Shown: one piece after another, positions 1 to 9,241 of the stretch
How positions within the stretch are numbered: the stretch's first letter is position 1
Layout of the letters: each line of letters begins with the position of its first letter
NCBI GenBank assembly: GCA_903888345.1
Contig: CAISTG010000034.1
Location: 6,823 to 70,822 of the forward strand
Reading direction: 5' to 3'
DNA: 64,000 nucleotides
From: Candidatus Buchananbacteria bacterium
GTDB taxonomy: Bacteria; Patescibacteriota; Patescibacteriia; 2-01-FULL-39-33
Program-made: the position numbers and the translations under genes
Notes under the pieces: model-generated
Databases searched by the model: none
Told to the model about the DNA's origin: nothing
Seen by the model: the letters and a program-made list of their open reading frames with translations, nothing else

Positions 1-113
1 ACCACTAGTTGTTAGAGCGATCGCTCCGTAAACAACACCAATAATTATGAGAACGCCCACCACGCCGGCGACAATCCCCATAACCAATTTCTTGTTATTT
101 TTTTTCTCATCCA
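1..113 (-). CDS. Partial CDS (N-terminal 37 aa, continues beyond window): membrane-anchored protein
   Basis: rc of 1-113 reads MDEKKNNKKLVMGIVAGVVGVLIIIGVVYGAIALTTSG...; hydrophobic helix after a short basic N-terminus; ATG at 111-113. Confidence 0.3.
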
Positions 114-142
114 TATTAAAGACTTTAGTTTATTAATTATAT

Positions 143-760
143 TTAATTGGTTTTAGTTGAGATTATATCCTCAATAACTGCCCGAAATTCTGTTTCTTCA
201 TTTGCTAAATTATCTTCATTTTCATAGCCATTACCGACGCGAAAATACTTACAACCAAAGATAAAGGTCGGGATTGAACCTTCCGGATTAAAGGTCTCAT
301 AGGCAATAGTAGCACTCTCCGGCATTTTAGTTTCAACTAAAGGGGTCAGTAAATCATCTCCGGTTTCAGCGTCAAAATGATAGGCCTTGATTTTACCGGC
401 TGCAACATATTCCTCAACCACCTTATCATAAGTATCTTTAATCCACTGGCAATGCGGACACCAGGAGGCGGTAAATAAATATACCACTGGCTTGCCATCT
501 TCGCGACAAATTTCCGCATTTTTTTTAAGCTCAAAAGTATTAATGGCGGGATTAGTAATAGAGTCAGTTTCTGGCCCAGCCGAACTAACCGCGGATTTAG
601 TGGTAACTTCCGTGCCCGTTAACTTATTATTATGATTGGTTGCAGATTTTAAAAACAAAAAAACTAGTGTGACAATTAACACAATTGCCAAACCGATGAC
701 TAAACCAAAAATAAATTGTCGATCCCTCCAAAATCGCCTGTCACCTTCCATAAGTAACAA
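143..760 (-). CDS. Membrane-anchored thioredoxin-fold thiol:disulfide oxidoreductase (CPHC active site, DsbA/TlpA-like)
   Basis: N-terminal TM helix (IFGLVIGLAIVLIVTLVFLFL) followed by a soluble domain with a WCPHCQ CxxC motif. Confidence 0.7.
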   Translation of the reverse strand: MLLMEGDRRFWRDRQFIFGLVIGLAIVLIVTLVFLFLKSATNHNNKLTGTEVTTKSAVSSAGPETDSITNPAINTFELKKNAEICREDGKPVVYLFTASWCPHCQWIKDTYDKVVEEYVAAGKIKAYHFDAETGDDLLTPLVETKMPESATIAYETFNPEGSIPTFIFGCKYFRVGNGYENEDNLANEETEFRAVIEDIISTKTN

Positions 761-866
761 CTAAATTATAATAAAGTATTAATATAATACCACAAAAACA
801 AGAGACTATACAAACTAATAATTACCGTGTCTGATAATTTACTATAATACAAAACGAGTGAAATTT

Positions 867-2327
867 TTATTTCAACTCCGGTTTGGCTAGATGATAATCC
901 GTCGCCAATTGGAATTGATGACCAGCACGCAAAATCGTCTTTTCATCAAAGCGTTTGCCTAGTAGCTGAATACCAACCGGTAATTCGCTTACTAAACCAG
1001 CGGGAATTGATAAACCACATAAACCAGCTAAAGAGGCTGGGATGGTAAACACATCTTCCAAATACATTGCTAGTGGATCACCAATTTTCTCTCCTAATTT
1101 ATAGGCTGGGGCTGGAGCGACTGGCGTTAAGATAATATCAACCTGTTTATAAGCTTCCTCAAAGTCCTGGCGTACCAAAGTTCGTACTTGCATCGCTTTT
1201 TTGTAATAAGCATCATAGTAGCCAGCTGATAAGGCATAAGTACCGATCATAATGCGGCGCTTCACTTCCGCACCGAAACCCTCACGACGACTATCTAAAT
1301 AGATATCTAACAAATCTTTGCCGTCACGCTTCGACAGGCCGTAACGCATGCCATCAAAACGGGCCATATTACTAGAAACCTCTGAAGGGCAAATAACATA
1401 ATAAGCCGCTACTGCTAAATCAGTATGTGGTAAGGAAATATCAATTACTTCCGCGCCCAGTTCCTCGAATTTCTTGGCAGCGTTTAAAACTGTTTGGCGC
1501 ACCCCTTCATCCATACCTTCGACAAAATATTCTTTCGGCAAGCCGATTTTTAAACCCTTAATATCTTGTTTAATTTCTTCAGAATAATTATCAACGACAA
1601 CTGGTGGCGTGGTAGCATCTTTAGAATCAGGACCAGCCAAGTATTCCATAATCATCGCGATGTCAGCAACATTCTTGCCGAAGGGTCCAATCGTATCAAG
1701 TGACGAAGTCATGGCCATGACACCATAACGAGAAACGCGACCATAAGAAACTTTCAATCCAGATATACCACAAAATGAGGCGGGTTCGCGGATTGAGCCG
1801 CCAGTATCTGTACCCAAAGAATAAAAGCCCATATCAGCAGCCACGGCCGCAGCTGAACCGCCAGAAGAACCACCGGGAACACGGCTATAGTCCCAAGGAT
1901 TGCTGGTTGGCCAAAAACCGGAATTTTCTGTTGAGCCGCCCATGGCAAATTCATCTAAATTGGTCTTACCCAAAATTACCGCCCCGGCTTCGCGTAAAAT
2001 TTTAACGACGGTCGCATCAAACGGTGGCACGTAATTTTCTAAAATCTTGGAAGCTGAAGTGGTACGTAAATTAGTTGTGCAAAATATATCTTTAATCGCC
2101 ACTGGAATACCTTCCAGAGGATGTAAACTTTCTCCTTTAGCGATCTTCTGATCAGCGGCATCAGCTTGTGTATATGCCTCAGCTTCGTTGAGTGTCAAAT
2201 AAGCCTTAATCTTATCATCGTATTTTTTAATTTGTTCAAAACAAGCTTCGGTCAATTGGTGTGATGTGAATTTCTTATCACGTAAACCTTGAAAGGCCTC
2301 GAGTAAAGTTAATTTATGTAATTCCAT
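867..2327 (-). CDS. gatA: Glutamyl-tRNA(Gln) amidotransferase subunit A
   Basis: 486 aa; amidase signature GGSSGGSAAAVAA, catalytic Ser-cisSer-Lys context; sits immediately downstream of gatC. Confidence 0.9.
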   Translation of the reverse strand: MELHKLTLLEAFQGLRDKKFTSHQLTEACFEQIKKYDDKIKAYLTLNEAEAYTQADAADQKIAKGESLHPLEGIPVAIKDIFCTTNLRTTSASKILENYVPPFDATVVKILREAGAVILGKTNLDEFAMGGSTENSGFWPTSNPWDYSRVPGGSSGGSAAAVAADMGFYSLGTDTGGSIREPASFCGISGLKVSYGRVSRYGVMAMTSSLDTIGPFGKNVADIAMIMEYLAGPDSKDATTPPVVVDNYSEEIKQDIKGLKIGLPKEYFVEGMDEGVRQTVLNAAKKFEELGAEVIDISLPHTDLAVAAYYVICPSEVSSNMARFDGMRYGLSKRDGKDLLDIYLDSRREGFGAEVKRRIMIGTYALSAGYYDAYYKKAMQVRTLVRQDFEEAYKQVDIILTPVAPAPAYKLGEKIGDPLAMYLEDVFTIPASLAGLCGLSIPAGLVSELPVGIQLLGKRFDEKTILRAGHQFQLATDYHLAKPELK

Positions 2328-2332
2328 AGGTA

Positions 2333-2626
2333 TTATTTATTTTCGAAAATCTTCGGGATCACGACATAACCATCCTGGTGCTGTGGTGCACAAGCAACCA
2401 ATTCTTCGCTGATGCCGCTTTCAATAATTTCATCTTCACGAGTAACATTAGTTAGGCCAGTAACCTGAGAAGTTGGCTCAATATTAGCTGTATCAACCGC
2501 CGCTAACTTTTCGACATATTCCAAAATACCAGACAATTGTCCAGCATATTTTTCAGTTTCTTCAGAAGTGACACGTAAACGCGCTAATTTAGCGATATGT
2601 TCGACTTCTTCTTGTGAGAGTTTCAT
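2333..2626 (-). CDS. gatC: Asp/Glu-tRNA amidotransferase subunit C
   Basis: 97 aa acidic protein 5 nt upstream of gatA; MKLSQEEVEHIAKLARL... is typical of GatC. Confidence 0.8.
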   Translation of the reverse strand: MKLSQEEVEHIAKLARLRVTSEETEKYAGQLSGILEYVEKLAAVDTANIEPTSQVTGLTNVTREDEIIESGISEELVACAPQHQDGYVVIPKIFENK

Positions 2627-2646
2627 AGTTAATTTAGTTAAAAACT

Positions 2647-2672
2647 GACGGTTTTAGCCGTCCGTTGTTTAA
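2647..2672 (-). terminator. Rho-independent terminator downstream of the sensor kinase gene
   Basis: Minus strand reads GACGGCUAAAACCGUC hairpin followed by AGUUUUUAAC. Confidence 0.5.
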
Positions 2673-2741
2673 TTTCCGATAACGAAATTCTAACATTATT
2701 CGTTATTTTTTTCAAGCCTGCCCCGGCACTGGCTATTTTAC

Positions 2742-4943
2742 CTATTTAGGGATCTTTAATTTAATCGTAAAGGTTGTACCCTCCCCCTCTTTACTAGTAA
2801 AAACTAGGCTACCACCATCATGGGCCTCGACAATTTGTTTAGCAATAAACAGACCCAGGCCTGTCCCATCAGTATACATATTAACCGCATTTTTGGCGCG
2901 AGAAAACTTGTCAAACATTTTTTTCTGATCCGCCTCAGGAATACCGATGCCAGAATCAACAACTTTAACGGTTAAGTAGCCTGGTTCTTCACTTAATAAT
3001 TCCAATTTAACAAAACCTTGTTTAGTATACTTGATGGCATTATCAACTAAATTATAAATAGCCTGCTCAAGGAAATCGGCACTAGTCATAATGGGTGCCG
3101 CTTTCTTTGGTAATAAATTTAATTCTAATTTAATGCCCTTGCGTTCCGCTAATTCTTTTAAGTCACTGTAAACTGATTGTAACAATTCTTCTAATTGTAC
3201 TTTTTTACTACTAGCGGCATCAATCTTAAATTCTTCACTTTCAATTTCTGAGGCACGCAGAATATCACTAATAATTAAATTAAGCTTTTCTGTTTTTTGA
3301 TAAATATTATCAAAAAATTTCTTTTGTTCGGCTTCTGGTAACTTATCCATCGAACCGTCACGGAACATTGAAATGGTGCCACGAATAACGGAAACGGGAG
3401 TCTTGAGTTGATGGCTGGCAATATCCAAAAATTCCTCGCGCATTTTCAATAATTTTTCCAAATGCAAAGCACGCGTTTTTAGCTCATTAGTTTGTAAATC
3501 AACTTTCTCCTGCAAGACCTTATTGAAATTCTTGGTTTCCGAATAGAGTCGCGCGTTATCGATCGCAATGCCTGCCTGGCTTGATAAGGTGGTCAATAAT
3601 TCTAGATCTTCCTTTGTAAAGGGGTCGCCAGAATTCTTGGCACCCAAAACGATAATTCCCTTAAGTTCCTTATTGCTTAACAGTGGCAAACAAAGCGAAG
3701 CCTCAATGTGCTGCATCTCCTTTTCTAAATTCAAGAAAGATTTTTTTTCTGCTGGACTAACACTACCATTAGCAATAAAAGACATTTCTTCCCGCACTAG
3801 CGGCTTAGCGGTTTTCTTGAGATAACGGGTTAAAAAATTATCTTTTACTAAAGAAATACCATTAGTAATATCAAAGCCAATCACTTTAAATATTTTATAA
3901 TGAATCTCAGAACCCTCTTTGTTAATTAATAATACACCCGCTCGATTAAGACCCATTGTGGCCTTAATTGTATCAACGATCAGGTCTACTACTTTATTTA
4001 AGTCATTATAATTACTTAACTCGGCCGTTAGCTTAATAATCGTCTGCCGATAATCATAAAGCGAATAAAAAAAGTACTTATCAATTAATCGGGTGATGAT
4101 TTTGTTAAAATTGAATAGGCCATAAACAAAAGCGGGGGCCACGATTACGCCCGTTAATAGCGCATAAGGATGCCAGACATTACCCCAGAGATAAATATAA
4201 AACCACACCAAACTATTAAAAAAAACATACACGATTACTGCGTCAATTATATAGATTAAAACAATTCTCGCTACCTGGCGCAAATCCATTAAGCGATATT
4301 TTAAAATAGCGTAAGAAATAATCACGACGAAAAATAACCCAGACAAATAGGAAAAAGGGTAAATACTGACACCATAAGCCGGTAAATAAGCGGTTGGCCC
4401 AATAGTGAACAGGATCAAAAAAGCGATAAAATAATACTTGATCTGATAGCGGACTAAAGTTGATTCAGTGTGACGATACTGCTTATAGACAATAAAAAAC
4501 CAAGCCAGAACATAAGAGCAAAAATAAATCAAGAACAAGTGGTGCAATGGGCCAGCTTTAGTATGAACCCCCCATTTATATACAAATAGATCGTGGACAA
4601 AATAATTTGTCGGAATTGAAATTAAAAAGAAAATTGACAAGAAATATGCAAAATATAACCAAAAATCGGCCTTGCGGTTAGTTAAGGCCAAACAAAAATA
4701 ATACATGAAGGCCGGAATAAACACCACCGCACCATAAATGAAACGATCCCAAAAAATCGCCGCTTCACGATCACCGCCATTACTAAACATCATGAAGGTT
4801 CCAAATAACCACAAAGTAATCACGAGTGCAAACAAAGCAAAAGCGACATTCAAACGATTTTTAGGATTCCGCCAAAAAACCATGCTGCCTTGTATAAAAA
4901 CAAGTAGTGCACTAATTAATGGAAAATAAACAATTAACGACAT
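2742..4943 (-). CDS. Sensor histidine kinase with a large polytopic membrane N-terminus, GAF-like domain, HisKA and HATPase_c
   Basis: 733 aa; more than 8 predicted TM helices, then H-box ASHQLKTPVSVI and G-boxes DSGIGIP / GTGLGL. Confidence 0.8.
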   Translation of the reverse strand: MSLIVYFPLISALLVFIQGSMVFWRNPKNRLNVAFALFALVITLWLFGTFMMFSNGGDREAAIFWDRFIYGAVVFIPAFMYYFCLALTNRKADFWLYFAYFLSIFFLISIPTNYFVHDLFVYKWGVHTKAGPLHHLFLIYFCSYVLAWFFIVYKQYRHTESTLVRYQIKYYFIAFLILFTIGPTAYLPAYGVSIYPFSYLSGLFFVVIISYAILKYRLMDLRQVARIVLIYIIDAVIVYVFFNSLVWFYIYLWGNVWHPYALLTGVIVAPAFVYGLFNFNKIITRLIDKYFFYSLYDYRQTIIKLTAELSNYNDLNKVVDLIVDTIKATMGLNRAGVLLINKEGSEIHYKIFKVIGFDITNGISLVKDNFLTRYLKKTAKPLVREEMSFIANGSVSPAEKKSFLNLEKEMQHIEASLCLPLLSNKELKGIIVLGAKNSGDPFTKEDLELLTTLSSQAGIAIDNARLYSETKNFNKVLQEKVDLQTNELKTRALHLEKLLKMREEFLDIASHQLKTPVSVIRGTISMFRDGSMDKLPEAEQKKFFDNIYQKTEKLNLIISDILRASEIESEEFKIDAASSKKVQLEELLQSVYSDLKELAERKGIKLELNLLPKKAAPIMTSADFLEQAIYNLVDNAIKYTKQGFVKLELLSEEPGYLTVKVVDSGIGIPEADQKKMFDKFSRAKNAVNMYTDGTGLGLFIAKQIVEAHDGGSLVFTSKEGEGTTFTIKLKIPK

Positions 4944-4992
4944 GTTGTTTGATAAAATAGTTACTATTATTATAACACAAAACTACAGAAAT

Positions 4993-5023
4993 AAAAAACC
5001 GGCTACTCTTTTAGAGTAGCCGG
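4993..5023 (-). terminator. Rho-independent terminator (10-bp stem CCGGCUACUC/GAGUAGCCGG + U-run on minus strand)
   Basis: Plus strand reads aaaaaaCCGGCTACTCttttaGAGTAGCCGG; on the minus strand the hairpin is followed by UUUUUU. It terminates the Aar-like gene and bounds the GC-rich island. Confidence 0.65.
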
Positions 5024-5040
5024 ACAATAAACAAATAACC

Positions 5041-6087
5041 TTAAATTTCTGGTAGAGCAAAGCCTAAAGCTTGTGCCGCCTGCCAGGTTAGTTCCAGCCG
5101 ATCGATATCAACCGGTCCCACCTCGTGTTCGCTCCAGCCTTCGGCAGCATGGACAAATGTTCCGGCATGGCAAGCATATGTTAATCCGGGCTGCAAACGC
5201 ATAGTAAAGTGCAGGTCTGTCAGAGCCGGATCATAACACAGCAATCCACCTTCGTAATTGCGAATGTCGGGACGAGAATTGATGTCGTGCCGAGTCAAGG
5301 GATTGGGAACAGCGAAATTCAAGATAATCGTTCCCTTAGGCACACGATTAAGTAATTCCGTGCTAGCCGGAATCGCTTTACCAGTCACCCATAAGGCACA
5401 ATCATGACCTTGCGTTAGCGAATCAGCATGAATCAGATTATCAGCATACTCACCGGCTTCGGACCGAATTTTTTGGAATCGATCCTGATCCTGAGTATAC
5501 ATAATAACCTTAACGCCCTGTCGCGCTAAATACAAAGCCACCGCTCGTCCGATTTTCGATGTCGACCCAGTCAGAAAGACTGGGCTAGTAATCCGAAACT
5601 TGGCAAGCAGTCCCAACACCTGCTGAATGACGACCATCGCCGTTAACGTATCGCCGTGGACAACCCACGCATGCAACCGATCACCAAGCTGGTCGACAAT
5701 CCATTTACCGCCCTGTGTAATTCGCTCATCCTTAATGAGGGCACCCAATCCAATAACATCGTTATGTTCTTGCGCATACAAAACAGCGTCAAGAATCTTC
5801 TGTCGAATCCGATCCCGTTGCTTCGGGATCACAAAGTGCCAACCAAAAGTACGAGTCAAGATGGTCATTCCCTGAACTTCTAAACCGTTGACACCATGAA
5901 AAACGAATCGATCAACAACATCATAAGACTTCTTGCCGAACAAGTAAATGATCGACATTAAAGCACACAGTGGCCAGAGCCAAAAAAAATACTTACGGTG
6001 ACTAGGATGGCGATGCAAATCACCAATCCACCAAAACAACCAATTCGAATTTTCTACCCAGTGAGCAATGAATGTCATCCGCTTCAT
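5041..6087 (-). CDS. Aar-family (acyl-ACP reductase-like / shikimate-DH-like Rossmann) oxidoreductase with N-terminal membrane segment
   Basis: Blocks align by eye with cyanobacterial acyl-ACP reductase: AQEHNDVIGLGAL, HGDTLTAMVVIQQV, TGSTSKIGRAVALYLARQGVKV nucleotide-binding motif, C-terminal GW..E block. GC-rich. Strong SD AGAGGAGG. Confidence 0.55.
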   Translation of the reverse strand: MKRMTFIAHWVENSNWLFWWIGDLHRHPSHRKYFFWLWPLCALMSIIYLFGKKSYDVVDRFVFHGVNGLEVQGMTILTRTFGWHFVIPKQRDRIRQKILDAVLYAQEHNDVIGLGALIKDERITQGGKWIVDQLGDRLHAWVVHGDTLTAMVVIQQVLGLLAKFRITSPVFLTGSTSKIGRAVALYLARQGVKVIMYTQDQDRFQKIRSEAGEYADNLIHADSLTQGHDCALWVTGKAIPASTELLNRVPKGTIILNFAVPNPLTRHDINSRPDIRNYEGGLLCYDPALTDLHFTMRLQPGLTYACHAGTFVHAAEGWSEHEVGPVDIDRLELTWQAAQALGFALPEI

Positions 6088-6196
6088 AACAATAACCTCC
6101 TCTGGCTATTTGCCGTTTCTTGATTAAAAAATTGGGTTGAGCTCGTTGCCACAAAGCAACAGCTAATTTTTAAAGTGCTTAATCAATCTTCACCAG

Positions 6197-6259
6197 ATTA
6201 TATCATAACAATATGTTTTTGTCAATGCTATTGACAAAAAATATATAATGTTGTATAGT
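6197..6259. promoter_or_regulatory. Back-to-back divergent sigma70 promoters sharing a palindromic -35 (TTGTCAAtgctaTTGACAA)
   Basis: Plus strand: TTGACA(6231-6236)-17 nt-TATAGT(6254-6259). Minus strand: TTGACA (rc of 6220-6225)-17 nt-TATAAT (rc of 6197-6202). Confidence 0.6.
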
Positions 6260-6346
6260 GACATATTGGAATTGTCTTTCCAATTAAATTGTACCAACAA
6301 CAGCCAGCGGCGATCAATCTGGATCGCTAAAAAAAAGGAATCCGCC

Positions 6347-6574
6347 ATGAAAAAGCTTCTGTCCCGCGTCATCGAAAGCGTCCTTAGCTCCATTTTTGGC
6401 CTAGGCTTGCTAATTTTCTTCATTTATGGCAGCATTACTGAGTATTTTCGCTGCTGGCTTGGCTGGAAAGACCTAGCCAGCACCATGCTCGGCTGGGCAT
6501 TCTTTGCCTCCATTGCCATCCCGCTATTCACCTTTGCTGCCGCCCGCTACATTTTAACCGGTGCTGAATACTAG
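6347..6574 (+). CDS. Small hydrophobic membrane protein (75 aa, 2-3 TM)
   Basis: Internal ATG of the 108-aa ORF preceded by AAGGAA; sequence MKKLLSRVIESVLSSIFGLGLLIFFIYG...; lies downstream of the plus promoter and is followed by a terminator. Confidence 0.45.
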   Translation: MKKLLSRVIESVLSSIFGLGLLIFFIYGSITEYFRCWLGWKDLASTMLGWAFFASIAIPLFTFAAARYILTGAEY

Positions 6575-6590
6575 CCCGCCCCGAACCTTC

Positions 6591-6620
6591 GCCGCCAGGT
6601 CCCACCTCGCGGCTTTTTTT
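6591..6620 (+). terminator. Rho-independent terminator (GCCGC...GCGGC + T7)
   Basis: gccgccaggtcccacctcgcggcttttttt lies directly after the small membrane protein gene. Confidence 0.6.
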
Positions 6621-6656
6621 AATTAAAAAACCGGTACCCTTTCGAGGATACCGGCG
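6621..6656 (-). terminator. Rho-independent terminator for the OMP gene
   Basis: Minus strand reads CCGGUAUCCUCGAAAGGGUACCGG hairpin followed by UUUUUUAAUU. Confidence 0.6.
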
Positions 6657-6669
6657 GTTAAACAAAGTG

Positions 6670-7848
6670 CTAGAACTTCCAACAGGCCGAAACGCCGGCC
6701 GTGGCCACCTTAGTCGATATTTCACGACCGTAAACTTCATTAAGGCCCCAGCCGTAGCTGAGAGAAGTAATGACGCTAAAGCTGTCAGTCGGCGAATACT
6801 TGACGCGCCCACCAACTGCCCAGCCATTGGCATCGGGAGTCATGAAATCGGCGGTCTTGGTGATGGCCTTATTCATATACGTTACCCCGCCACCAACTGT
6901 CCAGCGCTCGTTAATGACATGGCTAGCCCCAACATTGATGGCGATATTGTCTTGCCAATTGAGGCTGACCAGTTTCACGATCGGCAACTTGTCAAAGTGA
7001 ACCTGTGCCGTGTTCAGACTGGTTTCGGAATAACCGAAGTAAGTCAGCTGTGCGACAAGCAGCCAATCAGCTCGCGGCTGATAACCAACCGAGAAATCAA
7101 GCTTCTCCGGAAACTCATACTTCAGCTTCACGTTGTCGCGGACACTGATTCCAGCATTGACCGAGCAATGCCCACGCAAATCAACTGTAACCTTCGACAA
7201 GTAATTCATGCCGACAGCGACCTGATCCGTTACCTGATACATAGCGCCGATCTGAAATCCATAGCCAAAGCCAATGGTCTGCATGTCAACACGTATCGGC
7301 AGCGGCACCCGATTGATGTCGAAGGGGCCGCTCCAGTTCATCATACTCATAACAAGTACTGGACCAGCACCAATCGACAACTTGTCAGTTAACTGTTTGG
7401 ACAGGTACGGCTTAATATAGGTTCCCGAAACCAAAGTCCGCGAATCCATGCCATACCAGATGTCTTTAAAAGACGCACCGATACCAAAGTTGGTATGGAT
7501 ATCCACGCCCCAGACCATGTCGTCGCCCAGTTTTCGGGCGTATGAAACAGCCGGCAAAATATGGATCATATCCTTGGAGGTGAACTCCTGACGCCGACTG
7601 TCTTTGTAACCAAACTTGGGGCCCATGGCCTCCATGCCGATCTCAAGATAGTTATTCGAGTCAAGCAGCTGAAACTGTCGCAACTGAAGCTTGCTGCCGA
7701 GATTGTGCGGGAACTTCGGGCCATCCGGGTCAGAGCCCAGCCCGATATCTGTGGTTCCGGTCGCCGCAATACGGCTCAAACCGCCAGCCAGTGCCACCTG
7801 ACAGACACCAAACGCCAAAATAACCAGCATCAAAGTCAGCTTCTTCAT
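6670..7848 (-). CDS. Outer-membrane beta-barrel protein, FadL/OmpP1-like (hydrophobic-compound channel family)
   Basis: Signal peptide MKKLTLMLVILAFGVCQVALA; alternating amphipathic beta-strand pattern, aromatic girdle and C-terminal ...CWKF terminal Phe. GC-rich; strong SD AAGGAGAG. Confidence 0.55.
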   Translation of the reverse strand: MKKLTLMLVILAFGVCQVALAGGLSRIAATGTTDIGLGSDPDGPKFPHNLGSKLQLRQFQLLDSNNYLEIGMEAMGPKFGYKDSRRQEFTSKDMIHILPAVSYARKLGDDMVWGVDIHTNFGIGASFKDIWYGMDSRTLVSGTYIKPYLSKQLTDKLSIGAGPVLVMSMMNWSGPFDINRVPLPIRVDMQTIGFGYGFQIGAMYQVTDQVAVGMNYLSKVTVDLRGHCSVNAGISVRDNVKLKYEFPEKLDFSVGYQPRADWLLVAQLTYFGYSETSLNTAQVHFDKLPIVKLVSLNWQDNIAINVGASHVINERWTVGGGVTYMNKAITKTADFMTPDANGWAVGGRVKYSPTDSFSVITSLSYGWGLNEVYGREISTKVATAGVSACWKF

Positions 7849-7930
7849 GTTATCTCTCCTTGTTGTTTAGCCTTGCGGCTATTGTTAAGTACACTTTAGC
7901 TATGGACAATCTCGTCCAGGCCAATACATA

Positions 7931-7959
7931 TTTATATCATACTTTTATAATTTTGTCAA
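7931..7959 (-). promoter_or_regulatory. Sigma70 promoter for the OMP gene (TTGACA-17-TATAAA)
   Basis: rc reads tTTGACAaaattataaaagtatgaTATAAAt about 80 nt upstream of the SD. Confidence 0.5.
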
Positions 7960-7975
7960 ATATAGCCGGAATCAA

Positions 7976-8006
7976 ATAAAAAAGCTCACAACCGAAGTTG
8001 CGAGCT
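7976..8006 (-). terminator. Rho-independent terminator downstream of 8326..9033
   Basis: Minus strand reads GCUCGCAACUUCGGUUGUGAGC hairpin followed by UUUUUU. Confidence 0.45.
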
Positions 8007-8325
8007 GAGAGAGTATTTACTTTAGATTGGGAGTCAGGCCTAAAAAGAACAGGAATGATTGGCTACGGCATAGAAAAAGAATCAACCAAACTAAAGATGC
8101 TGTTACTGAAAGTCATAATTTTACTCCTGCGGTTGCAGTGCCGTTTAAGATATTAATAATACCAATAAAACGCATAACTCAACGCATCGAGCAAAGCATA
8201 AAACAAATCATAAAACATCCCAAAAATCACATCGAGAAAAGACATGACATCATCTCCTGTTGGTTGTTGGCTCGTGGCGCAACTCTAATTAAAAACAAGT
8301 ACAATAATTAGGAACTGGAAACAGC

Positions 8326-9033
8326 TTAAGAACCAAACAAAATTAATATCACGGCCAAGACTAAGGGCAAGGTGAAATTATCGTCAGGATAAATAACAGT
8401 GATGAACTTCGGTAAGACCAAAGTCATTCCCGCCGTTATCGATTTCAAATACTGCCAAACGCTTCCCGTGTAGGCCTCAATAGCCGCTGTAACTAGACTA
8501 GCAATAATTATCGCCAGCCAATTGATACCGCCACCATAAAAAGAAAATATCAGCGCCACCAATAAACAAGTGGCTACCGCAAAGGCCAGGAACCCAAAAA
8601 ATCGAAAATTTGTTATGCCAAGCTCATAAGACAAAAGTCTTACTAATGCTGCCAGCGGATCAGCTATAGCTATTACGACTATCGCCGAAACTAAAATTAC
8701 TTCACTAACTAAACCGCAATATAAGCCAGTAATCAAAATGGCTACTGCCAGAAAACAATAGGTTGAGGCGTTATAACCGAAATGCTCATGTGCTCTCAGG
8801 ATTGACCCATAAAACGGCAACCGTTTAAAGGCCTGATTGGCAGCCGGACGATAAAGACGAATAATATCAATCGTGACACAAATTCCCGCCAACAGCCAAG
8901 CTAATCCCAAAAGACAAATTAGCCAATAATCAAAATAGTTAATCCCCCGCCATAAAAAGTAAACCGGCAACATCGATAAACAACCGCAAATATGCCACAA
9001 CTTTCGCTTAGTATTCCAGGCTTCTTGATCCAT
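8326..9033 (-). CDS. Polytopic inner-membrane protein (possibly CTP-dependent polyprenol/diacylglycerol kinase-like, CdsA/DolK family)
   Basis: 235 aa with 6-7 TM helices; the family call rests on weak pattern similarity only. Confidence 0.4.
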   Translation of the reverse strand: MDQEAWNTKRKLWHICGCLSMLPVYFLWRGINYFDYWLICLLGLAWLLAGICVTIDIIRLYRPAANQAFKRLPFYGSILRAHEHFGYNASTYCFLAVAILITGLYCGLVSEVILVSAIVVIAIADPLAALVRLLSYELGITNFRFFGFLAFAVATCLLVALIFSFYGGGINWLAIIIASLVTAAIEAYTGSVWQYLKSITAGMTLVLPKFITVIYPDDNFTLPLVLAVILILFGS

Positions 9034-9096
9034 GTTATTGTCTCCATTGTAAAGAACCTAGGTCAAAACTAACATATTTATTCTATTTTGGCAAAC

Positions 9097-9120
9097 TAAA
9101 AAGATGGCTGATCGCCATCT
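9097..9120 (-). terminator. Rho-independent terminator for 9242..10030
   Basis: Minus strand reads GAUGGCGAUCAGCCAUC followed by UUUUU. Confidence 0.5.
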
Positions 9121-9241
9121 CCTTAGTTTAATACGATTGTTTTCGGCGCCCCAGCGTTAAGGATCAGCTAAATTAATATCCAAGCAGCGCCTTTCTAATA
9201 AATAAATTAATTATGATATATGAATCAGCTATTTTAGTTTT

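Noticed and set aside
6667-7392. 241-aa plus-strand ORF
   Set aside because: Antisense to the outer-membrane protein gene, which has a signal peptide, SD and terminator; GC-driven open frame.
8027-8311. 94-aa ORF in the 480-bp spacer
   Set aside because: No SD, Lys/Ile-rich low-complexity product, and the region contains the terminator of the downstream minus-strand gene.
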